This document shows, one piece after another, positions 35,970 to 45,424 of a stretch of DNA of 56,982 nucleotides. The stretch spans positions 1 through 56,982 of the forward strand of contig CAZUFC010000047.1 of the NCBI GenBank assembly GCA_964619725.1, written 5' to 3'. Under the pieces are notes generated by a model that had not been told where the DNA came from, made no database searches, and saw only the letters and a list, made by a program, of their open reading frames with translations. The DNA is from an uncultured bacterium. Lineage in GTDB: Bacteria > CSSED10-310 > CAZUFC01. A program made the translations under genes and the position numbers. Within the stretch, counting starts at the first letter, position 1. Every line of letters begins with the position of its first letter.

Positions 35970-37505
35970 ATGTGGGAATTAATACGAACCAACAAGATAA
36001 AATCCTATTTGCTCGTTATATTAATGGCGCTTTTCCTTGCAGCGCTGGGATTCGGCATAGGGTATTCCATTGATCCGTCGTTATGGGTTTATGGAGTAGC
36101 GGGAGCCGGGGCATTATGGTTTGGGATGACTCTAACCGCCATATTTGCGGGAGACCGTCTTGTTATGAAGTTCAGCGGGGCGCGGAAAGTAACGCATGAT
36201 GAATTTCCCCGGCTTTATAACGTGGTTGAAGAGATGAAAATCGCAGGAGGATTGCCGAAGGTCCCCGACATTTACATAATAGACAACAGCGCTCCCAATG
36301 CGTTCGCAACGGGAAGGAAGCCGGAGAATGCCTCGATCGCGGTAACGACGGGACTGCTGTATCGATTGAATCGTTATGAGCTTCAAGGGGTAATAGCGCA
36401 CGAGATGTCGCACATAAAACATCGCGATATCCTTTTCATGACTTTGGCGGGCGTAATACTGGGAGCCGTGGTTCTTCTTTCAGACGTTTTCATACGCGGC
36501 GCTGTTTTCGGTTCCAGGCGCGGGCGCAGAGGTTTCCGGTCACGGAAATCGGGCGGCGGAGGCGGCGGCGGAGGCGGACAGGCTCAGGCGATCATATTCG
36601 CGGCGACCCTGGTTCTGGCGATCGCCAGTCCTTTCATAGTAAGGCTTCTTTATCTCTCCGTATCCCGCAGACGCGAGTATCTGGCTGATGCCGGGGCCGT
36701 TGTTCTGACCCGTTATCCTGACGGACTGGCGGGAGCGCTTGAGAAGATAGGCGTAGGCGCCCGGCAGATGAAGAAGGTTAACCGGGCAGTGGCTCCGATG
36801 TATATCGTTAATCCGGTCAGATCGATGAAAGCATCAGGCCTGACCAGCTCACATCCGCCCATTCAAAGACGCATCGCCATTCTTCGCGCTATGTCTTCCG
36901 GGGCATCCTTGAGAGATTATCAGAAGGCGTTTCGAAGAACCGGAACGGAAAAGAGAGCGCCGATTCCGGTATCGGGATTGAAAGAATCGAAACCCCTTAC
37001 AATAAGAAAACCCGACAGCTCCCCCGATCAGGAGGATACGGCCCGGGCCAGAGCGCGCCAGGTCGGCGATTACGTCCGCTACATCAGCGGCTATGCATTT
37101 ATTGACTGCAGGTGCGGATTAAGGATCAAGGTCCCCCAGTTTTATAACCTGGACCTCATTTATTGTCCCCGTTGCGGGTTGCCCAACAGCGTTCCAGTTG
37201 CAGGCCGGAAACCGGATCATTCTGAAAAGAATTCCGGCATGCCGGGAGGACTGGATAAAACCTTTCCCTTTTCCGGCATGGCAGCAGCCGCAGCATTAGG
37301 CGGCCTGCAAATGCAAAAACAAGACGCTCAAACGGAAAAATCCTCGCCGGCTCCGCCTGGAGAACCCCTGGAAGTGACGGTTAAAAGCAGCCGCTGGGAA
37401 ACGGTGCGGTGTCCCTGCTCAAAAAGTCATCAGATTTCACCGGGATTCCAGGGCGATCACATCAAGTGTTCCTGCGGCCGCATCATCAATATCACTCGTA
37501 ACTGA
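35970..37505 (+). CDS. htpX: HtpX-like M48 zinc metalloprotease with C-terminal zinc ribbons
   Basis: PNAFATG, AHEMSH, SRRREYLAD, SHPP. C-terminal CRC...CPRC and CPC...CSC. Confidence 0.88.
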   Translation: MWELIRTNKIKSYLLVILMALFLAALGFGIGYSIDPSLWVYGVAGAGALWFGMTLTAIFAGDRLVMKFSGARKVTHDEFPRLYNVVEEMKIAGGLPKVPDIYIIDNSAPNAFATGRKPENASIAVTTGLLYRLNRYELQGVIAHEMSHIKHRDILFMTLAGVILGAVVLLSDVFIRGAVFGSRRGRRGFRSRKSGGGGGGGGGQAQAIIFAATLVLAIASPFIVRLLYLSVSRRREYLADAGAVVLTRYPDGLAGALEKIGVGARQMKKVNRAVAPMYIVNPVRSMKASGLTSSHPPIQRRIAILRAMSSGASLRDYQKAFRRTGTEKRAPIPVSGLKESKPLTIRKPDSSPDQEDTARARARQVGDYVRYISGYAFIDCRCGLRIKVPQFYNLDLIYCPRCGLPNSVPVAGRKPDHSEKNSGMPGGLDKTFPFSGMAAAAALGGLQMQKQDAQTEKSSPAPPGEPLEVTVKSSRWETVRCPCSKSHQISPGFQGDHIKCSCGRIINITRN

Positions 37506-39912
37506 ATTCCACGATATCGATATTCCCCAGAACGCTTCCGATTCTCTTATCCGTAACAGCGCTCAAAAAACGCACATTCGATCCCGACCCCGTATTCGCC
37601 GGCCAGATGAAATCAAGAATTTCCATGAACAGATAATCATACGCATGAATGTTGATCGTATAGAAATCATAAGGATATGAAGGATCGAAACGAGGCGCGA
37701 AAAACAGCTCTCCCTGAAAGTCTAAAATTACGAACAGAGGATACCCGATCAGCTCCTGGGGTTCATGATTGCATACGTTGACGGTCAACAGAAACCTGTC
37801 GCCTGCCGTAAAATGAGTTCCGGACAGATGCAAATGAGGTCCGAAAGGACAATAGGTGGGAGACACTGTGGGAGTGGGAGGAATGGGCGTCTTAGTCGGC
37901 GGCTCCGTAGGTCCTTGCGTCGGCGTCGCCGTGGGAAAAGCCGGTTCGCCCGGCGAAGGATTCGACTGGTCCCTGAAATCAACGGAACAATCGTCCGTAT
38001 CGACGTCAGAAGGATACCGTTCGAGCGAATGACCCTCATCAACCGCCGGATGCGGCGTCACATCCGGATACACGCCGGAACCGTACACCAGTACGTCAAA
38101 AGGCGTCATCTCAGGATTCATTATCGCCACTTCATCGCCGCTGTTGCTTAAACTTATGCTGCCGTCAATGTTTACCATGTCAGGAACTTCATCGAGAGAA
38201 TCACGCAACTCAAAATCTGGAGTGACTTCATAAGTAATCATGAATGTTTCAGCCTGATTCGCTATCACCACTACATCCCTGTGAGACACAAGAGAAGCCG
38301 CATCATCAGGAAAGGAATAAAAACCTTCCAGATCAGTCACTATATAACCGAACAAATCAACATCCATGCCTGATATGTTGATGATTTCCATCCATTCTCC
38401 CCCGGGTTCGGCCTCTTCAGAATCGCTTACCGCCTCTGAAACTAAAAAGTTCACAGGTCCCGGCGACCCGGTGGACGTCGGCGTGGCCGTCGGTCCCTCC
38501 GTTATGGAACCCGTCGGCGGCGGCGTGGGCGTATTCGTCGGCGGACCTGTAGGCGTAGGCGTTACGAAAACTCCTTCCCCCGGCGATGGATTGCATTGCT
38601 CGCGAAAATCAACGGAACAATCGTCCGTATCAAAGTCAGAAGGGAATCGCTCCATACTGCAACCTTCGCTTACTCCCGGATGCGGCGTAACTCCCGGATA
38701 AGAACCGCCATCGTATGCAACGACGTCGAAAGGTACGGAATCCGGGTCCATTATTAATACCTCGTCGCCGCTGTTGGCCAGCGAAAACGATGGGTCTAAT
38801 TCTATCATGTCGGGCACGTCAGGATGCGTTGAATCGATTTCAAATTCCGGCAGGAAACCATAAGTCGACTCGAATAATGTGCCGTCCTTCGCTATTACGA
38901 TCAATCCCATCGACTCAACCGTCGAATTCGCATGCTCAGGGAACGCATAAACGCCGTCCGTCTCTCCCGTACCCTCCTCATCGCTGAGCAAACATCCCGT
39001 TATATCGACGGTCTCGCCTGTCACGTTGATTATCTCAACCCATTCTCCCGCAGGCTCCGATTCCGCAGGATCATACATTACTTCGGACACCAGCAGATGT
39101 ATCTCCGGCGTCGGCGTCTCTGAACCTTGCGTTCCGGTTGGAGTCGGAGTCGCGGTCAAGACTGTTCCTGTCGGCGTTATTGTCGGCGTGGGCGTCGCTG
39201 GAGGAGGCGTCGGCGAAAAAGTCGCAGGAGTCGGTGAAAAACATTCATAACGACCATTGCCGACCGTCGTCCACGGCGCGGCCTGGTCTATGAAATCATC
39301 CTCCGGTGTAAATGTCTGCTGATCTACCGGGCATCGCTCCATTGAATGCCCTTCGGGAACTCCGGGATGACCGCCGCTTCCTTCCCAATTAACCAGATCA
39401 ACCTGCACAAATCCTTCTCCCATCAGAAGTATCTCATCGCCGCTGTTGCCAAGCTGTATATTCGTGCCGCCCCATTCCGGCGCCGGCTCCATGTCAGTCA
39501 CCTCGGTCGATGAAGACGTAAATTCAAAATCAGGATAAAATCCATAAACCCCGTTGAAATACTCCCCGTCTCGAGCTATCACTATCGCTTCATCTATACC
39601 TATCACGCTGCCGGCAGGAAAAGTAAACATCCCCTCTCCGCCGCCCTGCGTCTCTTCATCGCCGATAAAATACTCATCCAGATTCTTCTCTGCTCCCGTC
39701 GCATTGAATATCTCCACCCATTCCCCCTCAGGTTCGTCCCCGTCCACATCATATAGTATCTCGGAAACCACCAGATCATCCGTCGGCCTGCCGGCGCCCG
39801 ACGCTTCAACGATGCCGATCATGAAAAATGACGGAATCAACAGCAAAAGCAAAAATAATCTGCTGCATCTTCCATGCTTTCCATTATTTCCCTGAATCTC
39901 TTTCTTATGCAT
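37492..39912 (-). CDS. Secreted protein with three lamin-tail domains, Pro/Thr linkers and a C-terminal beta domain
   Basis: Three repeats of 'VSE..YD...EP.GEW.EI.N ... L.NSGDE ... G.S.ER.P' separated by TPTP linkers; 26-bp exact nucleotide repeat at 37976 and 38606. Confidence 0.85.
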   Translation of the reverse strand: MHKKEIQGNNGKHGRCSRLFLLLLLIPSFFMIGIVEASGAGRPTDDLVVSEILYDVDGDEPEGEWVEIFNATGAEKNLDEYFIGDEETQGGGEGMFTFPAGSVIGIDEAIVIARDGEYFNGVYGFYPDFEFTSSSTEVTDMEPAPEWGGTNIQLGNSGDEILLMGEGFVQVDLVNWEGSGGHPGVPEGHSMERCPVDQQTFTPEDDFIDQAAPWTTVGNGRYECFSPTPATFSPTPPPATPTPTITPTGTVLTATPTPTGTQGSETPTPEIHLLVSEVMYDPAESEPAGEWVEIINVTGETVDITGCLLSDEEGTGETDGVYAFPEHANSTVESMGLIVIAKDGTLFESTYGFLPEFEIDSTHPDVPDMIELDPSFSLANSGDEVLIMDPDSVPFDVVAYDGGSYPGVTPHPGVSEGCSMERFPSDFDTDDCSVDFREQCNPSPGEGVFVTPTPTGPPTNTPTPPPTGSITEGPTATPTSTGSPGPVNFLVSEAVSDSEEAEPGGEWMEIINISGMDVDLFGYIVTDLEGFYSFPDDAASLVSHRDVVVIANQAETFMITYEVTPDFELRDSLDEVPDMVNIDGSISLSNSGDEVAIMNPEMTPFDVLVYGSGVYPDVTPHPAVDEGHSLERYPSDVDTDDCSVDFRDQSNPSPGEPAFPTATPTQGPTEPPTKTPIPPTPTVSPTYCPFGPHLHLSGTHFTAGDRFLLTVNVCNHEPQELIGYPLFVILDFQGELFFAPRFDPSYPYDFYTINIHAYDYLFMEILDFIWPANTGSGSNVRFLSAVTDKRIGSVLGNIDIVEFSYE

Positions 39913-40205
39913 GATCCAACCTGCCTTCCCGTATATTTTTCTTTATCCTTATATTTGAATTCCCTGCTTTCCGTTTTAGCGCGATTCACTCATTTCATTA
40001 TTTTACTCTCAGTGCTTCCGCTTTTCAAGAGCGACTTTGCATTCGCTTAAAAGCTGATCCTGCATTGAAAATATTTATTTCATCATCCCGGACTTGCAAT
40101 TCCGCACAAGTTCTGGTTTTATACCTGAACCAAAGGAGGAAATACCTCGCTCTCCTCCTTTGCCTCCTTATTTTACTTAATCTTTAATGATTCAGGAAAA
40201 CTCAA

Positions 40206-42014
40206 ATGAACGGCTTTTTTGAAGAGGAAGAGGAACTGAAGTCGGGCGGTTTCGACAGAGAAATAGCCGGAAACCTCGTCATCCTTCTGAAACCTCACAT
40301 AAAAGAATTAATCTATTGCGGGACATTGCTGGCTGTATTTTCGATATTATCACTTGTCGGACCGCTCCTCATCAGACATGCCATAGACGTGAATTTCGTC
40401 AACAAAGACTTCAACGGCTTGCTGCTTACGGTCGGTTTATACGCCGCTACTCTTTTTCTCACCTTCCTGTTCAATTATCTTCAAACCGTTCGCCTGGAAA
40501 TCCTCGGACAAAAAATTATCCTCGGCCTCAGGGACCATCTCTTCGATCATCTTATCACCTTGTCCCTGAAGTTCTTCGACCGGAATCCCGTCGGCAAGCT
40601 GATATCGCGCGTCGAAAGCGATACGGAAGCCCTGCGGGAACTCTTTACATTCACCGTCGTTACTATTCTGAGCGATCTGCTGATGCTTCTGGGCATGTTC
40701 GTCGTCATGTTCGTCATAAACTGGAAACTGGCGCTTATCCTCGCTTCGACATTTCCTTTCGTTATCTTTAATGTGCTTGTCTTCAATAAAAAAGGCGGGC
40801 CTCTTTTCCTGAAGGTCCGAAAAAAAACGGCATCGGTATACGGCTTCCTGGAGGAATATTTGAACGGCATGCAGGTCGTTCAAGTATTTCGCAGGGAAAA
40901 CGCGGTTTCTGATAAATTAAATGAAGTCAACAAGGATAAGGCCGAAACCGAAAAAAAAGCTGAAAAAGTCGTGATTCTTTTCATCAATTTCATTTTTCTC
41001 CTGAACACGTTAGGCGTCGTTCTCGTACTGGGTTTCGGCAGCATGTGGGCCCTGGCGGGTTCCATAACCATCGGCACTCTCGTTATGTTCCTGAATTATA
41101 TTCAACGCTTTTTCGGTCCCATTTTTCATCTGAGCGAACAACTCAATATCATCCAGCGCGCTTTTGCGGGAGCCCGTCGGGTTTTCGGATTATTGGCAAA
41201 AGAACCCGAAGTGCAAGAGACCGACGCTCCGGCGGAATGGAACGGACTTGCGAATGAAATACGTTTTGAAGATGTTTGGTTTGCTTATATCGATGATGAC
41301 TGGGTTTTGCAAGAGATTAATTTTACGGTGAAGAAAGGCGAACGCTGGGCGCTCGTGGGGGCTACCGGCGGCGGAAAATCTTCGATAATAAATTTACTTC
41401 TGCGTTTTTACGATCCGCAGCGAGGCCGCATCCTCGTAGACGGCATCGACATAAGAAATATATCCTTGAAAACGCTGAGGGTAAAAATGGGTCTGGTTTT
41501 ACAGGATATTTTTCTTTTTCCTATGAATGTGAGGGATAATTTACGGATGGAGGAGCCGGGGATAAAGGACGAACAAATTTGGGAAGCCCTGCGTAATGTG
41601 AGAGCCGAAAACACGATAAAGCGCATGCATGACGGATTGGATGCTGAACTGGCGGAAAAGGGGGGCAATCTTTCTCAGGGAGAGAGGCAATTGTTGAGTT
41701 TTGCGCGAGCGCTGGTGTTCGATCCGGAGATATTGATTCTTGATGAGGCGACGTCGGCGGTTGATCCATTGACGGAAAAACGGATACAGCGGGCGCTGGG
41801 AGTGTTGATGGAAGGGCGGACTTCCCTGGTCATAGCCCACAGACTCAGGACCATTCTGGACTCGGACGTCATAATGGTCATTAAAAACGGACGTATTATT
41901 GAAAAGGGATCGCATGAGGAGCTTCTCCGGATGGAGGGGGAATACCGGCAACTTTACAATCTTCAGGCAGGCTTAATGGGGAAAGATCATGAACTGGAAG
42001 AATCACAATCTTAG
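40206..42014 (+). CDS. Heterodimeric ABC exporter subunit (MdlB/YheH-like)
   Basis: TMD plus NBD: GATGGGKS, degenerate signature LSQGERQ, LDEATS, IAHR. Confidence 0.92.
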   Translation: MNGFFEEEEELKSGGFDREIAGNLVILLKPHIKELIYCGTLLAVFSILSLVGPLLIRHAIDVNFVNKDFNGLLLTVGLYAATLFLTFLFNYLQTVRLEILGQKIILGLRDHLFDHLITLSLKFFDRNPVGKLISRVESDTEALRELFTFTVVTILSDLLMLLGMFVVMFVINWKLALILASTFPFVIFNVLVFNKKGGPLFLKVRKKTASVYGFLEEYLNGMQVVQVFRRENAVSDKLNEVNKDKAETEKKAEKVVILFINFIFLLNTLGVVLVLGFGSMWALAGSITIGTLVMFLNYIQRFFGPIFHLSEQLNIIQRAFAGARRVFGLLAKEPEVQETDAPAEWNGLANEIRFEDVWFAYIDDDWVLQEINFTVKKGERWALVGATGGGKSSIINLLLRFYDPQRGRILVDGIDIRNISLKTLRVKMGLVLQDIFLFPMNVRDNLRMEEPGIKDEQIWEALRNVRAENTIKRMHDGLDAELAEKGGNLSQGERQLLSFARALVFDPEILILDEATSAVDPLTEKRIQRALGVLMEGRTSLVIAHRLRTILDSDVIMVIKNGRIIEKGSHEELLRMEGEYRQLYNLQAGLMGKDHELEESQS

Positions 42015-43773
42015 ATGGTTGCTCAAACATTACCGTCCCTATAAAAAATTCGTGGTCAAGCTGGTAGTTTTTACTGTTCTTCATGCCGGCGTTGCTGCGG
42101 CCATGCCCTATTTTTTCATCTTCATCATCGACGGCATCAAAGGCGAAATCGATCCTTCCTTTATCCGTCTCAGCGTTCTGGGGTACCTAGGCCTGGGCCT
42201 GCTGACTTTTCTTTTATCCGTATATACAGCCTGGTTAAGAGTTTCCATGAATTTGAGGCTCGAGTGGGATTTTCGTCAGCAAACCTTCAACCATATCCTC
42301 AATTTAAGCCGGGATTTTTTTCATCGCTTCAAGACCGGCGACGTGGTTACCCGCCTGACGGACGACGTAGGCCGCAAATTAAGCTGGTTCTCCTGTTCCG
42401 CGCTTTTCAGAAGCCTGGACTCTCTTCTCCGCATAATCTTCTGCCTGGTCATCATGTTTTCGATCAATCCGGTCTTGACCCTGGTGGTCCTGATTCCGCT
42501 GCCCGTCCAATTCATCATATTCGTCAAGTCGACCGGCATCCTTCATCGCAGATTCCGCGCGCTTCAGGATATTATATCAAAAGTGACCGATGCCATGGCC
42601 ACCTGCTTCTCCGGGATCAGAGTCGTCCAGGCCTATACCATGGAAAAACGTCAGGCCCGCAAATTCCGAGAAATAGCGGAAGAGCGGGCTGATGCTGAAA
42701 TCAGGGCCGCTAAAGTGCATGCCCTGGTTCATTCCTTCTACGGATATTTCTGGCAAACCGCCATAATAATGGTACTGCTTGTTGGAGGATGGTTCATCAT
42801 CAACGATCGCCTGACCATCGGCGAATTCGTAGCCTTTGATTATTACGTGGTTATGCTGGTCTTCCCGATGATGGACATCGGCCACGTTCTCGTCAACTAC
42901 AGAAGAGCCTCCGTTTCCATTAAAAGGATCAGGGAAATTGAAGACCACGTTCCGCAGGTCGCCGAATCTGAAAAAGCCGCAGACGTCCCGATTGAAAAAG
43001 GATCAGTGGAATTTATTAACGTAGGATTGGAAGTAAACGATCAGAGAATCCTTCATGATGTCTCTTTTAAAGCCGAACCCGGTAAAATGACAGCCCTCGT
43101 CGGAACTGTCGGAAGCGGAAAAAGCACTTTGCTCAGCCTCATAGTACGACTCCTGGACCCCACCCAGGGTGAAATCAAAATCGACGGTCGGCCCATTAAG
43201 GAATTGTCCCTGAGAGCCCTCAGGGCTGCCGTAGGATTCGTCCCCCAGGAAGCCCTGCTTTTTACGGATACGATCAAAAATAATATCCTGTTCGGCCGCA
43301 AAAACCTGACGGAAGAACAGATGCTGTGGGCAGCCGATATCGCACAGTTGACGGGCGAAATCAATAAATTCCCGCATCAATATGAAACGAAAATAGGCCT
43401 GAGAGGCATGACCGTATCGGGAGGTCAAAAACAAAGAATAGCCCTGGCGCGCGCCATTGTCGCCAAACCGAAAATACTTATCCTCGACGACGTCACCGCT
43501 GCACTGGATGCCGATACTGAAACAAAATTATGGGAAAAATTGTACGATGTCCTGCCGGGTATCACCACTTTCGTTGTTTCGCACCGCACTGCCACCCTGG
43601 AAAGAGCCGACGAAATACTGGTCTTCTACAGAGGCCACATAGTAGAACGGGGCCTTCATCACGAACTGATGGACGCCAGAGGTCTCTACTACAAAATATA
43701 CTCCAAAAGAAAACTGGAAGACTCAGGCGTCACACCGCTCCTCACCGCCCTCTCCGACATGATCGATTACTGA
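41989..43773 (+). CDS. Heterodimeric ABC exporter subunit (MdlA/YheI-like)
   Basis: TMD plus NBD: GTVGSGKS, VSGGQKQR, degenerate Walker B LDD, VSHR. Confidence 0.92.
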   Translation: MNWKNHNLRWLLKHYRPYKKFVVKLVVFTVLHAGVAAAMPYFFIFIIDGIKGEIDPSFIRLSVLGYLGLGLLTFLLSVYTAWLRVSMNLRLEWDFRQQTFNHILNLSRDFFHRFKTGDVVTRLTDDVGRKLSWFSCSALFRSLDSLLRIIFCLVIMFSINPVLTLVVLIPLPVQFIIFVKSTGILHRRFRALQDIISKVTDAMATCFSGIRVVQAYTMEKRQARKFREIAEERADAEIRAAKVHALVHSFYGYFWQTAIIMVLLVGGWFIINDRLTIGEFVAFDYYVVMLVFPMMDIGHVLVNYRRASVSIKRIREIEDHVPQVAESEKAADVPIEKGSVEFINVGLEVNDQRILHDVSFKAEPGKMTALVGTVGSGKSTLLSLIVRLLDPTQGEIKIDGRPIKELSLRALRAAVGFVPQEALLFTDTIKNNILFGRKNLTEEQMLWAADIAQLTGEINKFPHQYETKIGLRGMTVSGGQKQRIALARAIVAKPKILILDDVTAALDADTETKLWEKLYDVLPGITTFVVSHRTATLERADEILVFYRGHIVERGLHHELMDARGLYYKIYSKRKLEDSGVTPLLTALSDMIDY

Positions 43774-45407
43774 ATGTCGTATTCCTTTAACTTGCGGTAC
43801 AGAGTCACTTTGGATATGCCCAGAATCTTCGCGCTTTTTTCCTTGTTCTTGTTGTTGGATTCGTAGACTCTTTTTATGTGGAAGGATTCCACTTCTCTCA
43901 GGGACATATTTTCCGGTAGCGCTGCATCGGTTTCTGCAGCGGGTGCGGATTGTTTTTTTTCTGGAATAAGCAGTTCAGGAGTAATCCACTGGTCTTTTTC
44001 AGCGAAGATAACGGCTCTTTCCACAGTATTTCTTAATTGCCTGACGTTTCCTTCCTTCCAGTCCTGATTGTTCAGCCAGGTGAAAGCTGCGGGAGCGAAG
44101 CCGGCAATTTTTTTATCGAATTCCCTGGTTATTATTTTCAGAAAATGTTGAGCCAGAGCAGGTATATCATCAGTTCGCTCTCTTAAGGGCGGCAGATAAA
44201 TGGTGACGACGGCGAGCCTGTTGAGCAGATCGGCGCGAAAAGACCGTTCTTTCACCATTTGATCTATATTTTCATTTGTTGCTGCGATGATTCTGACGTC
44301 GACGTTTTTCTCCTGAATGCTGCCGACCGGCCTGATTTTTCTTTCGGCCAGGACTCTCAGGGTTTTAACCTGTAAGGACAAAGGCATGGAACCGATTTCA
44401 TCCAGCAGTATCGACCCTCCGTCTGCAGCCTGAAAAAGACCCTTCTTATCAAAAGCAGCGCCCGTGAAAGCTCCTCTAACATGACCGAACAACTCCGACT
44501 CCAGCAGATTCTCCGGCAGCGCGCCGCAGTTTATGGTGACATAAGGACCGTTGCGCCGTGCGCTCAGATTATGAATCGTACGGGCCGCAACTTCTTTCCC
44601 CGTACCTGTTTCACCCAATATCAGCACATTGGACTTGACCTCCGAAATCTTGTCGATGATTCTGAATACCTTCTGCATAGCCTCGCTTCCGCCCACCAAT
44701 TCCCCCAACCTGTCCAATCGCTTGACCCTGTGACGCAGGTCCCTGTTTTCCATGTTGAGCTGATGGACGTGGAAAGAATTATCCAGCGCGATGGCCAGCA
44801 TGTTGGCGAATGTCTCAGCGAAAAAGAGGTCCTGTTCTGAGAATCCTGTTGAGGAAGTTCTCGTATCGATATAAAGCGTGCCGATCGTTGCATCACCTTG
44901 ATACTTTTTCAAAGGTATGCATATTACCGATAAAATTTGTAAATTCCGGATCGATTCAGCCTGGCTGAATTTCTGATCGCTGCAGACGTCGCGGCTGAAA
45001 TATGGACGGTCCGTCTTCAATACTTCCCTCACAATAGTTCTGGAAAACTCCAGGTCCTCTCCTTCCAGGTTCCATTTCGCTATCGTTTTCAATTCCACCG
45101 TGCGACCTGAACCCCCCTCTTTTGATTTGAGGATAATCAGTCCTTTTTCTGCGGGAATAAATAAACGCAATTCTTCCATAACCGTTTTAAGCAAATAATC
45201 AAGATCATGAGTCGACAGTATTTTTCTGCTGACTTCGTTCAATGCAGCCAATCTCTTCTGATCCACGTTCAACGAAGTTTCAGCAAGCTGTTCGCTCATG
45301 AAGTCGCCGTCCATTTCTCCTTCCAGTTCTTCCATCATGGAAAAGTAGTCCTCATCCTGATCGCTGCTTCGTTCATTTTTTATTTCATCATCATTATAAC
45401 TAGTCAT
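43767..45407 (-). CDS. Sigma54-dependent enhancer-binding protein (GAF-AAA+-Fis HTH)
   Basis: GAF (SVICIPL...GTLYID), GETGTGKE, ESELFGH.RGAFTGA, LLDEIG, HTH 'SAKILGISKVTLYRKL'. Confidence 0.95.
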   Translation of the reverse strand: MTSYNDDEIKNERSSDQDEDYFSMMEELEGEMDGDFMSEQLAETSLNVDQKRLAALNEVSRKILSTHDLDYLLKTVMEELRLFIPAEKGLIILKSKEGGSGRTVELKTIAKWNLEGEDLEFSRTIVREVLKTDRPYFSRDVCSDQKFSQAESIRNLQILSVICIPLKKYQGDATIGTLYIDTRTSSTGFSEQDLFFAETFANMLAIALDNSFHVHQLNMENRDLRHRVKRLDRLGELVGGSEAMQKVFRIIDKISEVKSNVLILGETGTGKEVAARTIHNLSARRNGPYVTINCGALPENLLESELFGHVRGAFTGAAFDKKGLFQAADGGSILLDEIGSMPLSLQVKTLRVLAERKIRPVGSIQEKNVDVRIIAATNENIDQMVKERSFRADLLNRLAVVTIYLPPLRERTDDIPALAQHFLKIITREFDKKIAGFAPAAFTWLNNQDWKEGNVRQLRNTVERAVIFAEKDQWITPELLIPEKKQSAPAAETDAALPENMSLREVESFHIKRVYESNNKNKEKSAKILGISKVTLYRKLKEYDIQ

Positions 45408-45424
45408 GCCGGCGCTCCCCTCTG

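Noticed and set aside
37976-38631. 26-bp exact repeat as a DGR template/variable pair or CRISPR repeat
   Set aside because: Both copies are in-frame parts of duplicated lamin-tail domains; no reverse transcriptase or spacer pattern is present.
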